From NCBI RefSeq assembly GCF_965229775.1, contig NZ_OZ245929.1, forward strand, positions 5,094,430 to 5,158,429: a stretch of DNA of 64,000 bases. The letters are read 5' to 3'. The position numbers and the translations under genes were made by a program. The notes under the pieces were generated by a model that ran no database searches, was not told where the DNA came from, and saw only the letters and a program-made list of their open reading frames with translations. Position 1 is the first letter of the stretch. Every line of letters starts with the position of its first letter. Positions 28,635-38,740 of the stretch are shown in pieces. Source of the DNA: Roseibium sp. (GTDB lineage: Bacteria; Pseudomonadota; Alphaproteobacteria; Rhizobiales; Stappiaceae).

Positions 28635-30179
28635 CTATGCCTGTGCCGTCGGCAGCGGCACACGGTCCACATGGGCCAATTCCTGGCGGACAAGCATCTC
28701 CATGAGTTCGGCGCGCTGCCGCGCATGAAGAGGACTGTCCCAAAGATTGTGGAATTCACCGGGATCGTCGCGCAGATGATAGAGTTCGCCCCAGGCGATC
28801 CCCTCGAACATCGACAAACGCCAATCCGCGGTTCGCAGCGTGTGAATGCGCGGAACGCGCCCGAGGCCACGATTGGTCTTTTGGTGGTCGTACTGTATGA
28901 AAGCGGCCTCCCGCCCGCCCGACAGCAGCGAACGCCCCTGCATGCCGATTGCGGGTTCGACACGGGCCCGCTCCAGAACGGTGGTCCCGATATCATGGGT
29001 CTGACCGATTTCCGCGGTCCGTCCGTGTCCGTCTGCCTGCGGGTCCGACCAGATGAACGGGACCCGGGTCAGCTCCTCATAGGCTGCGGGTCCCTTGAAG
29101 AGCATCCTGTGGTCCCCGAGATGGTCGCCATGATCCGTCGTGAAAATCGTCACGGCATCCTTCGCCTTTGCCTGCGCGCGCACCTGCCCGACGGCATCGT
29201 CGATCATCGAGATCATGCCGCAGGTCAGCGCACGGGCCTCCCTCACCTCCTGGGCATAGGTGCCCAGAACAGCAAATGAACCCGGATTCGCCCGTCCGGT
29301 CTCGCGGTCTTCAAGCACGCTCGCCACATGCGCCGGAGGGTTCCAGTCATTCGCCTCGAAGACGGCAGGGATCGGCATGTCCGCCGGATCGTACATGTCC
29401 CAGTATCGTCCCGGCGGGTTGAACGGGTGATGCGGATCTGGAAAGGACACCATCAGGAAGAAAGGCTGCTCGTCATCCGCGTTTTGCGCAAGCCAGGCCG
29501 ACGCGCGTTCGGCAATGTAACGGGTGGAGTAAAGCTCCTCGGGAAGGGCCGTGCGAATGGCTTGCGGGCAGACATAGTCATGCGGCAGCTGGTTTTCAGC
29601 TCCGAGAAGCCGGTCGGCATCGGGAGCCCGTTCCAAAAGCCAGTCCCGGTAGTTGCCGCCGCAGGCGTCCCCATGCCTTGTGACGAGTTCCACATGGTCA
29701 AAACCGTAGAACGGCAGCGGCGTGTCGTAGGACGTCCGGCCCGGGTCCTCGGCGAGATAGGTCTCAAGATCATGCCTGACAGCTTGTGACAGCTTGCCCG
29801 ATGCGCGGTGGAACCCGGTGCGCGTTTCCGGCGCTTCAAGCATGGGCGGTTTGCCGGAAAAAGTCTGCAGGTGGCTTTTGCCGATGAGCGCGGTTTTGTA
29901 TCCCGCATCGCGCAGAAGCTCGACGAAGGTGACATGCCGCTTGTCGAGCGGAATACCGTTTGCACGGACGCCGTGGCTGGAAGGCACCCGGCAGGTCATG
30001 AAACTCGCGCGGTTGGGCATGCACACCGGGCTGGCAACGTAAAACCGGTCCCACACCGTTCCGGTGGCAGCGATTGCGTCAATATTCGGGGTCTTCAGGA
30101 CCGGGTGACCGGCGCAGCCGAGGAAGTCGGCCCTGTGCTGATCGGTCATGAAGAGGACGAAGTCAGGCCGTTTTGGCAT
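28635..30179 (-). CDS. Formylglycine-dependent sulfatase (Cys type)
   Basis: MTDQHR, SPVCMPNRAS (CxPxR), GKSH, FTTDHGD. Confidence 0.92.
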   Translation of the reverse strand: MPKRPDFVLFMTDQHRADFLGCAGHPVLKTPNIDAIAATGTVWDRFYVASPVCMPNRASFMTCRVPSSHGVRANGIPLDKRHVTFVELLRDAGYKTALIGKSHLQTFSGKPPMLEAPETRTGFHRASGKLSQAVRHDLETYLAEDPGRTSYDTPLPFYGFDHVELVTRHGDACGGNYRDWLLERAPDADRLLGAENQLPHDYVCPQAIRTALPEELYSTRYIAERASAWLAQNADDEQPFFLMVSFPDPHHPFNPPGRYWDMYDPADMPIPAVFEANDWNPPAHVASVLEDRETGRANPGSFAVLGTYAQEVREARALTCGMISMIDDAVGQVRAQAKAKDAVTIFTTDHGDHLGDHRMLFKGPAAYEELTRVPFIWSDPQADGHGRTAEIGQTHDIGTTVLERARVEPAIGMQGRSLLSGGREAAFIQYDHQKTNRGLGRVPRIHTLRTADWRLSMFEGIAWGELYHLRDDPGEFHNLWDSPLHARQRAELMEMLVRQELAHVDRVPLPTAQA

Positions 30180-32505
30180 GGGCGGCGGACCGGTTGTGCA
30201 GGACCAGGAGCAATGCAGTCACCACCGCCGCGCCGATCCAGATCAGTTCAAGTTTCATCATAAGCATCACCGCCAGGCCAAGCCGCAGCCCGATCTCCCA
30301 GGCCGGCAGCGCGCGCCGGTCGAACGCAGCAAGCGCGGACGACAGGAGATAGAGCGCGACCAGCAACCGCCCGAGCAGGAGGAGCATCGCGACAAGGTGG
30401 ACGTCGGCGTCATATCCCGGCAAATAGGCGTTCCCCCCGCTCGCCTGGGGATCGAGCCGCGCTTCGTTGATAAGGAGCAATTCCGGGTAAAAGGCAAAGA
30501 CGAACGGCACCACGAACATCACGATCCCGGACCGCACCGCGGAGAGAGAAGTCGCCACGGGCTCCGCCTTGGTGATCGTGGCGGCCGCGAAAGCCGCCAG
30601 CGCAACGGGGGGCGTGATGGCACTCGCAACGGCGAAGTAGAAGATGAACATGTGGGACGTGAACAGCGAGAGGCCGAGACCGGCGAGAACGGGCCCCATG
30701 AGCAGCGCCGCGTTGATGTAGGCCGGCACGGCAGGCATGCCCATGCCCAGAAGCACGGCCAGCAGCATTGTCATCAGGAGTGCGACAAACTGGAAGAAGG
30801 TAGAGCCGCTGCCGCCCAGGTCGAGCCTGTTCAGCCAGGCCAGAACATCGAGCGAGAGGAACACCGGCAGCCCCGTGAAGGACAGGCAGAAGTCGATGAT
30901 CGAGACCGCGAGAAACATCAGGTAGAGCGTCGAGATCAGGATACCCGCATTCGACAGTGCATCGACGATCTTGCCGGGCCGCGCGCGCACTTCGGGATCC
31001 AGAAACAGCAATCCGAGCAGCAGCATCACCGCCCACCATCCTGCAGCACCGGCCGAGCCGGCAGAGTTCTGAATGGCCTGCTGGATCCAGCTCAGGCTCT
31101 GCACCTGACAGCCGGCATCGGTAAAGACCCGCTCAGCGCCCAGAAGTCCGCCGAACAGCCCGCAGCCAACCGCATCCTTGGGGGTCAGCAAAAGCATCAG
31201 GATCAGCAGGATCGGACCGAAGATCATCACCAGATTGAGATAGTCCTGGCGCTCCAGTGTCATCTCTTCCGTAATCTTGCCGATTGCGGTGATGTTCTGT
31301 TTCCTCGACTGGAAGATCGCCGACAGGAACAGGCAATAGAAATAGGCCAGTGCGGGAATGATGGCCGCAACGATGACGCTTGAATAGGGGATCGCGGTGA
31401 GTGACGCCAGGATGAAGGCGGCGACCCCCATCACCGGGGGCATGATCGACCCGCCCGACGAGGCGGCCGCCTCGACGCCGCCCGCGAACACCTTGCTGAA
31501 ACCGCGTTTGAGCATCATCGGGATGGTCAGGACGCCGGTCGACAGGACATTGACGATCGGCCCCCCGGAGATCGTGCCGAACATCGCCGACGACACGATG
31601 GCCGCATGTGCGGGACCGCCGCGCAGATGCCGCGTCCAGCGGAATGCCAGCTTGATCAGCGACTTTCCTCCGGCAGAACTTCCGAACAGCGCACCGAGAA
31701 CCAGATAGGGAAAGATCGTATTCAGGACGATGTCCATGAACCGTCCGAGAAGACCCGAGGAATTGTTGACCAGGACATCGTGGACACGCGGCCGGCCGTC
31801 CGACAAGAGGCGCGGCTCGCCTGCCAGCTTGGTTACGAAGTACTTGTTGATGTCGTCCGCACCGTAAACATACCAGATCAGAACGGTAAGGATCGTGTAG
31901 GCCGAGACCAGGATCGCGACGATCACCAGCGGCAGTCCCCAGACCTTGACGTTGTAGGAAAGGAACACGACGATCGCCAGGCCCACGATCAGTACGAGCC
32001 AACCGCCGGTCGTGTTCACGCATTGTGGGTCTTCGACGGTTGTCGGCGCCGGAAGACCCAGACTTTCGCTGAACGCGGCCGCAGCCGCCAGGCTCTCCTC
32101 GATCAAGCGGGCCCGGTCGCCGGTGATACGGTCCACGAGACACACCGACTCGATCTCGATGAGGTAGGTAAGCGAAACCGTGAACGCCATCACCACCAGC
32201 GCGAGATCGAGATAAAGGCCGAATCGGCGCTTGATCACGCTTTTGTCCCGCCAGTCGCGCCAAAGGGAGTGCTTCAAGACGACAATCAGCATCATCAGCG
32301 CGAAGAAGAACGGATAAAACCATTCGAACGGAAACTTGCGGAGTTTGGCGGCGTCGTTGCCCGACAGGTTCGCGATCAGGGCGTCATAGCCAGGGATGCC
32401 GGGCGTCGAATTGACGAGGCCGACAAGCACCATCGCAACCGAAAGGAAATAGAGCAGCTGAAGAGAGAAACTGCGACGATCCCGGGTATCGTTTGAGCCG
32501 ACCAT
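30163..32505 (-). CDS. TRAP transporter fused 4TM/12TM permease (TAXI type)
   Basis: GGPAHAAIVSSAMFGTISG, EAAASSGGSIMPPVMG, GMGMP, AITPPVALAAFAAA. Confidence 0.92.
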   Translation of the reverse strand: MVGSNDTRDRRSFSLQLLYFLSVAMVLVGLVNSTPGIPGYDALIANLSGNDAAKLRKFPFEWFYPFFFALMMLIVVLKHSLWRDWRDKSVIKRRFGLYLDLALVVMAFTVSLTYLIEIESVCLVDRITGDRARLIEESLAAAAAFSESLGLPAPTTVEDPQCVNTTGGWLVLIVGLAIVVFLSYNVKVWGLPLVIVAILVSAYTILTVLIWYVYGADDINKYFVTKLAGEPRLLSDGRPRVHDVLVNNSSGLLGRFMDIVLNTIFPYLVLGALFGSSAGGKSLIKLAFRWTRHLRGGPAHAAIVSSAMFGTISGGPIVNVLSTGVLTIPMMLKRGFSKVFAGGVEAAASSGGSIMPPVMGVAAFILASLTAIPYSSVIVAAIIPALAYFYCLFLSAIFQSRKQNITAIGKITEEMTLERQDYLNLVMIFGPILLILMLLLTPKDAVGCGLFGGLLGAERVFTDAGCQVQSLSWIQQAIQNSAGSAGAAGWWAVMLLLGLLFLDPEVRARPGKIVDALSNAGILISTLYLMFLAVSIIDFCLSFTGLPVFLSLDVLAWLNRLDLGGSGSTFFQFVALLMTMLLAVLLGMGMPAVPAYINAALLMGPVLAGLGLSLFTSHMFIFYFAVASAITPPVALAAFAAATITKAEPVATSLSAVRSGIVMFVVPFVFAFYPELLLINEARLDPQASGGNAYLPGYDADVHLVAMLLLLGRLLVALYLLSSALAAFDRRALPAWEIGLRLGLAVMLMMKLELIWIGAAVVTALLLVLHNRSAAHAKTA

Positions 32506-32568
32506 TGTACCGTTCACCTGCCGGACACCGGCCGGGCGCAAGGTGCACCCGGCCGGTTGATCCGGACC

Positions 32569-33612
32569 TTACTTGGCACAGTCAGGAAGGGTGTATCCGG
32601 CTTCTTCCCAGGCAGCGACCGCCCCCGGGTGGTACTTTAGCGGGTTCGGTCCGCACATGTCCGTGATTTCGATCGCGGTCTCGCCATGCCAGGTCACGGG
32701 CATGAACGGCGCTTTCGCATGATAGATCGACTCGATGTTTTCAATGGCCGCGGCCGTCAGCGACTTTGCCGTGTCGAAATCCATGCTCTTGTTCACGATG
32801 TCCGCACCAACAGTGCCGGGCCCCCGGAAGGTTCCGTCCTCGGAAATGATCGTGACACCATCACCGTAGCCCATGTCTTCGATCGGCATGGAGAACTTCA
32901 CGGTTCCGGGCAGTTTGGCGACGTTGTTGAACGCCTCGCTGTCAAAAACCTCCTTCGAAACCGAGAAGATCGTCATGTTGCCGGATGCCAGGCTCGCGGA
33001 CACACGCGGATCGGGGAATGACATGGGCAGCACGAAGGCATCCGCGGAGCCGTCCTGCATCGTCTTGACTGCCTGCCCCCAGTTCACCTGGACACCCGTA
33101 TAGCCTGACCCTTCTTCAAGACCGGTATTGGTCTTGATGAGCAGCCGCGCGTTGGTCAGCGCGGCACCGCGGGGCGGACCGTTGAAAATGGTTTTTCCCT
33201 CCAGGCCGTCCCAGCCGCTGATGTTCGAACTGTCGAACGCAATGAGCCCCTGAACCGAAATCCGGTATGTGTAGAGGACGGCGAGTTCGCCTGCGAGTTC
33301 CGCACCTTTCTCCGCACCGAGCCCTGCGTAGGGCCCGACCCCCTTCGACAAAAGGAAGGGCAGAATGAACGGCGCGGCGGCGATATCGGTCTTGCCCTCG
33401 GCAACATTCTGGACCGAGTTCGTCAGCGTCTGTCCGGAGGTCACCTGGATATCCGCGACCCCGGCTTTTGCCGCCGCCTCGGACAGCGCAATGATGGAAA
33501 TTCCCGGTGTGGTGTTCGGTGCAGCCGTCTCCGCGGATAATATTGTTTGTGCCTGTGCACCGGTCGTCAGGCACAAAATTGCGGCAAGGGTTCCCAAGAC
33601 AATTCGAGACAT
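32569..33612 (-). CDS. TAXI-family TRAP solute-binding protein
   Basis: Signal peptide; upstream of the fused permease; GKTIFNGPPRG, YHPGA. Confidence 0.8.
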   Translation of the reverse strand: MSRIVLGTLAAILCLTTGAQAQTILSAETAAPNTTPGISIIALSEAAAKAGVADIQVTSGQTLTNSVQNVAEGKTDIAAAPFILPFLLSKGVGPYAGLGAEKGAELAGELAVLYTYRISVQGLIAFDSSNISGWDGLEGKTIFNGPPRGAALTNARLLIKTNTGLEEGSGYTGVQVNWGQAVKTMQDGSADAFVLPMSFPDPRVSASLASGNMTIFSVSKEVFDSEAFNNVAKLPGTVKFSMPIEDMGYGDGVTIISEDGTFRGPGTVGADIVNKSMDFDTAKSLTAAAIENIESIYHAKAPFMPVTWHGETAIEITDMCGPNPLKYHPGAVAAWEEAGYTLPDCAK

Positions 33613-33747
33613 CGTTTTCCTCCCTGATCGATGTTTCCTTTGCCCCCGCTTTGCCGGCCAACCCTCCCAAGCGACGCGAGACACAGCATCAAAAATATCG
33701 ACATTTTTTCTATTTTGATAGTAATAGAGGTATTATGGAGAGTTTCA

Positions 33748-34425
33748 ATGCCTGAATTTTTGCTTTTTGTCGCCCCGAACACCTGCGCACGCGTGCCGAC
33801 CATCGCGCTCGAGGAAATCGGTGTCCCCTTCGAGACGGAACTGGTGCGCACTGCCGCCAACCAGCAGAACTCGCCGGAATTCCTGAAAATCAATCCGAAA
33901 GGCAAGGTGCCGACCCTGGTTGTCGACGGCGTTCCACTGACCGAGAATGTCGCGATCCTCAGTTGGCTGAATGCCCGATTCCCGGAGGCAAACCTGTTGC
34001 CGGAAACGTCGGACGCGTTCGAAAGTGCACAACAGATCGCCGACCTGTCGTTCTTTTCCGCAACGGTGCACCCGATCGTGACCCGGGTGGCGATGCCGCT
34101 CAAGTTCATCGAGGACAAGGCCCTGTCATTCGAAATTGTGCGCCCGGTCGGCATCGAGGCCATGAACAAGATCATGAACATGATCGAGGCGCGCCTCGCC
34201 GATGGCCCCTGGTGGTACGGCGATACCTGGTCTGCCCTGGACGGATACCTGTACTGGGTCTGGGGCCGGATCACCGGTGTCGGCTATCCGGGCGAGAACT
34301 ACCCGAACATCCGCAGGCACTTCGACCTTAACAACGAGCGGCCCGCGGTGCAGCGCGCAATGGCGCGCGAGGCAACCAACATAGAGGTGCTCAAGTCGGA
34401 GGGTCTCTACAGGGCGCCGCGCTGA
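33748..34425 (+). CDS. Glutathione S-transferase family protein
   Basis: ALEEIG, INPKGKVPTL, LTENVAIL. Confidence 0.9.
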   Translation: MPEFLLFVAPNTCARVPTIALEEIGVPFETELVRTAANQQNSPEFLKINPKGKVPTLVVDGVPLTENVAILSWLNARFPEANLLPETSDAFESAQQIADLSFFSATVHPIVTRVAMPLKFIEDKALSFEIVRPVGIEAMNKIMNMIEARLADGPWWYGDTWSALDGYLYWVWGRITGVGYPGENYPNIRRHFDLNNERPAVQRAMAREATNIEVLKSEGLYRAPR

Positions 34426-34522
34426 CACTGCGGCTCCCGGTGAATAGCGGTCCAATGTCTCGGCATACTCAGCCTTTCAGGATCAGACGTCGAACCTTCT
34501 CCAGAAAAGTGATGGGCATCAG

Positions 34523-36136
34523 ATGAACGTATTGTGGATCATGGCGGATCAGCTGCGCTGGGATTACCTGAGCTGCTACGGCGCAACCCACATTGAGACA
34601 CCGAACCTCGATCGCCTTGCGGCAAAAGGCGTCCGGTTCAACCGTGCCTACGTCCAGTCACCGATATGCGGACCCAGCCGGATGAGTTTTTATACCGGCC
34701 GCTATGTGCGCAGCCACGGAGCCACCTGGAACGGCTTTCCGCTTCGTGTCGGAGAACCGACGCTCGGCGATCACCTGCGTGAAATCGGTATCACCAGCAC
34801 CCTGGTCGGCAAGACCCACATGCGCGCCGATGCGGAAGGCATGAAGCGCCTCGGTATCGATCCGGAAAGCACCATCGGGGCATTGGTCAGCGAATGCGGG
34901 TTCGATGTCTTTGTGCGCGATGACGGCACGAACGCGGCAACCGACAAGAACCGTCACGCCGAAGACTACGAAGAATACCTGCGTGCGCACGGCATGGACG
35001 GCGAAACGCCCTGGGAGGAATGGGCGAACACGGCGATCGGACCGGATGGTCAGCTCATGTCCGGCTGGCTCCTGGAAACGGCGCCCCTTCCCGCGCGTGT
35101 CCCCAAGGAACATTCCGAGACCGCCTGGCTCACGACACGCGGCATCGAATTCATGGAGAGCCAAGGCGACGATCCCTGGCTCTGCCACCTGAGCTACATA
35201 AAACCCCATTGGCCGTATCTCGCGCCTGCCCCTTACAATGACATGTATTCGGCGAGCGATCTTCCACCGGTCAACCGCAGGGACGGCGAACACACGCATC
35301 CGCTCATGAAGGCCTGGAGCGAGACGCGCATATGCCGGAGCTTCGCGCGCGACAATGTCAGGGACATTGTCGCGCCGGTCTATATGGGCCTCATCAAGGA
35401 ACTCGACGAAAATATGGGCCGGTTGTTCGACTATTTGGAAACCAGCGGAAGAATGCAGGACACCATGGTCGTCTTCTGCTCCGACCACGGCGACAACATG
35501 GGCGACCACTGGCTCGGCGAGAAAGACCTTTTCTACGATTGTTCGGCGCGTATTCCCCTGATCGTTTACGACCCCCGGCAAGCGGCCGACGCCACGCGCG
35601 GAACCGCCTCTGATGCCCTTGTCGAGGGCATCGATCTGGCGCCAACCTTTCAGCAGTTCCTCGGCGGGCCCGAAAAGCCGCACGTGTTCGAGGGGCGTTC
35701 ACTCCAGCCGCTGCTGCATGGCAAGACCGGCGACTGGCGGGATCACTGCATCTCCGAATACGATTATGCAACCCGCGACGCCCGCCGTGCGGTCGGTGTG
35801 GACCAGTCCGACGCCCGGCTGGTGATGGTCTTCGACGGTCGCTGGAAATACATTCATGTCGAGAACATGCGCCCGATGCTGTTTGATCTGCAATCGGATC
35901 CGGAGGAACTCGACGATCTGGGCGGCAATCCCGATTACGAAGAACAGGTCGAGCGGCTGAAGGCGCTGCATTTCGCCTGGGCCCGCCGCCATCACACCCG
36001 CATCACCCGGACGCCGGAGATCATCGAAAAAATGACCGACGCGCGGGAGCCCGAGGGCATCTACATCGCCTATTGGGACCCGGAAGAACTCGAGGCGGAC
36101 GGGCTGAAAATGCCCCCGCACATCAAGGGAAGCTGA
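34523..36136 (+). CDS. Sulfatase / phosphonate monoester hydrolase-like (alkaline phosphatase superfamily)
   Basis: MADQLR, SPICGPSRMS, GKTH, KPHWP, SDHGD. Confidence 0.92.
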   Translation: MNVLWIMADQLRWDYLSCYGATHIETPNLDRLAAKGVRFNRAYVQSPICGPSRMSFYTGRYVRSHGATWNGFPLRVGEPTLGDHLREIGITSTLVGKTHMRADAEGMKRLGIDPESTIGALVSECGFDVFVRDDGTNAATDKNRHAEDYEEYLRAHGMDGETPWEEWANTAIGPDGQLMSGWLLETAPLPARVPKEHSETAWLTTRGIEFMESQGDDPWLCHLSYIKPHWPYLAPAPYNDMYSASDLPPVNRRDGEHTHPLMKAWSETRICRSFARDNVRDIVAPVYMGLIKELDENMGRLFDYLETSGRMQDTMVVFCSDHGDNMGDHWLGEKDLFYDCSARIPLIVYDPRQAADATRGTASDALVEGIDLAPTFQQFLGGPEKPHVFEGRSLQPLLHGKTGDWRDHCISEYDYATRDARRAVGVDQSDARLVMVFDGRWKYIHVENMRPMLFDLQSDPEELDDLGGNPDYEEQVERLKALHFAWARRHHTRITRTPEIIEKMTDAREPEGIYIAYWDPEELEADGLKMPPHIKGS

Positions 36137-36155
36137 TAGGCCAAAAAACACGCGC

Positions 36156-36899
36156 TCAAAGCACGCCTTTCAGCTCGGACGCGACCTTGCCGGTTTTGCC
36201 GAGATCGTCACCGCCCACGAATATGTAGCGGAAAGACCCGTCCTCCCAGGCTGTCGTTGCAAGGCCGTGGAGCATTTCCGACGAAGGCTCGTTGGCTTCA
36301 CCGCGCGGGCCGGCCGTCGTGACGCAGAGCGCGAAAGGCGTTCCTTCCGCATCCTGGTAGACGATCTGGATCAGCGGCGCATCGTCGAGTCCAAGCACCT
36401 GAACCCGTGCAAGCCTGAGCGAGGACGGCGCTTCCAGCGATGCCTGTTCCAGGGGCCGGCCGAGTTTTTCGCTGGCGACTTCGAGCTGACGTTCCAGGAC
36501 GTCGGAACTTGCGATGGTCAGTCTCACCGTGTCGGCGACATAGAGCGACTGGTATTGCGCGACCCTGCCCCGCCAGTCATCCGCAGACGGTCCGCCGAGC
36601 CACATCGCTCCGCCGCCGATCACGGCCCCCAGAACCAGGACAACGGCCAGCTTCGTCCATTGCGGACCGGTTCCGCCGCGTTTGACGTCATCAATTGCCG
36701 AGCGTTCCAGATCGGCCAGCACACGCCTGCCGGGCAGTCCTCTCATCGCGCCGCGTACCGGCGCGGCAATCGGATCGAGCGCCATCACCCGATGTTCCAG
36801 TTCGCGGTCGACGCGCATGGTCTGTTCGACCTGCTCTGCACGCCGCGGGTCCATGTCACCGTTCAGAAAGTCAAGAAGTTCCTGATCTGAATAGGTCAT
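36156..36899 (-). CDS. Anti-sigma factor (membrane-anchored)
   Basis: N-terminal ELLDFLNGDM helix, single TM, periplasmic C-terminus; ATGA overlap with the sigma gene. Confidence 0.8.
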   Translation of the reverse strand: MTYSDQELLDFLNGDMDPRRAEQVEQTMRVDRELEHRVMALDPIAAPVRGAMRGLPGRRVLADLERSAIDDVKRGGTGPQWTKLAVVLVLGAVIGGGAMWLGGPSADDWRGRVAQYQSLYVADTVRLTIASSDVLERQLEVASEKLGRPLEQASLEAPSSLRLARVQVLGLDDAPLIQIVYQDAEGTPFALCVTTAGPRGEANEPSSEMLHGLATTAWEDGSFRYIFVGGDDLGKTGKVASELKGVL

Positions 36900-37414
36900 G
36901 TCTTCTCCTTTCTGTTTTCGACTGCGGGATTGTCCGCAAACGCCTTCAGCACCTTACGCGCGGCGTGCAGGCGGCTCATGATGGTCCCGATGGGCACATC
37001 CAGAATGACCGCGGCCTCCGAATAGGTGAATTGCTGCACGAAGATGAGTTCCACAACGCTGCGCTGTGCATCGGGCAACGCCATGACCCGCGCAATGACC
37101 TCCCGGGCAAAGAGGTTGGTCTCGATCTCCGGGGCGATATCCGCGATCTGGTCAATGTCGACCGTGGCAAATGCCTTGTCCTGCCGCCGGGCACGGCTGC
37201 GCAGTTCGTTCAGCCAGATCGACCGGCAGATCCGCAGGCACCAGCCTTCGAAACTTCCCGTTTCCCGAAACTGATCGGCTTTTTCGACCGCCCGCAGACA
37301 CGTGGACTGCGCGAGGTCGTTTGTCATCTCGATGTCACCGGTCAGGCTGAGCGCGAACCGCCAGATCGACGGCAAAGCTTTCGGCAGCATGTCCCTGACA
37401 GAGCGAGATTTCAT
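36896..37414 (-). CDS. ECF sigma factor
   Basis: DLAQSTCLRA region 2, region 4 FTYSEAAVILDVPIGTIMSRLHAAR. Confidence 0.9.
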   Translation of the reverse strand: MKSRSVRDMLPKALPSIWRFALSLTGDIEMTNDLAQSTCLRAVEKADQFRETGSFEGWCLRICRSIWLNELRSRARRQDKAFATVDIDQIADIAPEIETNLFAREVIARVMALPDAQRSVVELIFVQQFTYSEAAVILDVPIGTIMSRLHAARKVLKAFADNPAVENRKEKT

Positions 37415-37465
37415 GTTGAACTCCAGCCGGCCGGCGGCGGCAGTGCCGCCGGCAGCAAGCAAGAT

Positions 37466-37909
37466 CTATTCGACGGTGATGGTAATCACGTCGGAGAAGA
37501 TCGGCGGATCGTGCGGGACATGGTTGAGGTCACCAAGCACCAATTGAAGCGTGTGCTCGCCCGGGCCGAGGTCAAGCACGGTCTCGGTCTGGCCGCCGCC
37601 ATAGTGCTTGTGGTTGTCGTCAGCCGGGATGTTGTAGATGAACTCGTCCGCGCCATCTTCCCCCTCGCCGATCGGTGCCCGGTTGATCAGGAGATGGTGA
37701 TGCCCCGTGTTTTCCTTCTCGATGCCCGCCGGCGCAACGCCCATTCCGGACAGACCGAAGACGACCGTGACCGGTCCGCTTACCTTGTCTCCGTCATTCA
37801 GATTGACGAAATAGACCTTGGCGTCCGGATTGGCCGGGGTCTCGCCGGCAAGGGCCTGTGCCCCGAAAAGGCTGAGGGCGACAACCGCAGGTGCGACAAC
37901 AAATTTCAT
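37466..37909 (-). CDS. DUF4399-family secreted protein
   Basis: GHHHLLIN, HYGGGQTE, GEHTLQLVLGD..H.PH. Confidence 0.85.
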   Translation of the reverse strand: MKFVVAPAVVALSLFGAQALAGETPANPDAKVYFVNLNDGDKVSGPVTVVFGLSGMGVAPAGIEKENTGHHHLLINRAPIGEGEDGADEFIYNIPADDNHKHYGGGQTETVLDLGPGEHTLQLVLGDLNHVPHDPPIFSDVITITVE

Positions 37910-37947
37910 GATCATTCTCCTCCCGAATTAAGCTCGCGATATCCGGT

Positions 37948-37972
37948 AGACACCATCGCCCGGGTTTTATTC
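37948..37972 (-). promoter_or_regulatory. Candidate ECF (ECF26-like) promoter
   Basis: Minus strand GAA-taaaacccgggcgatggt(18)-GTCT, about 40 bp before the DUF4399-sigma-antisigma operon. Confidence 0.55.
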
Positions 37973-38055
37973 ATCGTGAGGCAATTTTTTTCATCCGGCG
38001 CTTTGCAGACCGCACGGAAGGCCGGCCGGCACATATCGTCTTGAAGCCGGCAGGC

Positions 38056-38613
38056 TCAGTAAAACGCCGCCCCTCCCGATCTTAGCGACATGAGAAGAGC
38101 GCGCTCCGGCCAGGTTTCGCGGCCGCCTCTCGACCGGATTTCGGACAGTTGTTCTCGCGCAGCCTCAAGTTCTCCTTTTTCGACGAGCCCCATCCCGAGA
38201 TAAGAGCGCGCCGCGAGATTGTCCGGATCAACGGCAAGCGCCCGGTCATAGAAGACGTGCGCTGCCAGCCAGTCCCCGGATTTTCGCGCCAGGAACCCGC
38301 GATAGGTCAGCACGTGCGTATCCGCCTGATCCGTCATTGCATCAAGCGCCATTGCCGCCGAGGCGAACCTGCCCACGTATGCCAGTTCCCGGGCCGCCCT
38401 GAAGCGGTCCAGATCGTCAAGGATACGGGACTCCAGCTTGACGCATTTCCCGGAGCGCTCGTCCCAGGCCTCGCCGTCGGCGCATTCCTTCGAAGTCGGT
38501 GTTGGTTCGGGCGGCTTTGTATCCCATTCGTCCGGATCGACGGCATCCGCCGAAATGGTCATGACACCAACCATCAGAACAGCAAGCATCGATTTGATCA
38601 GACTGAGTTTCAT
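38056..38613 (-). CDS. Secreted TPR-containing protein
   Basis: Signal peptide MKLSLIKSMLAVLMVG; TYRGFLARK...YDRALAVDP..LAARSYLGMG TPR. Confidence 0.8.
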   Translation of the reverse strand: MKLSLIKSMLAVLMVGVMTISADAVDPDEWDTKPPEPTPTSKECADGEAWDERSGKCVKLESRILDDLDRFRAARELAYVGRFASAAMALDAMTDQADTHVLTYRGFLARKSGDWLAAHVFYDRALAVDPDNLAARSYLGMGLVEKGELEAAREQLSEIRSRGGRETWPERALLMSLRSGGAAFY

Positions 38614-38740
38614 TGGTGCGACCGGACAGATGTGTTGAACCCGTGCGCGAGTGTCTGTCCCCGCCCGGTACAAGTCAATCGCCCGGTCGCCTGAAACTCG
38701 TGGCTCGGTCTCAGGCGTCGACACCTTGGGGTACGTACCT

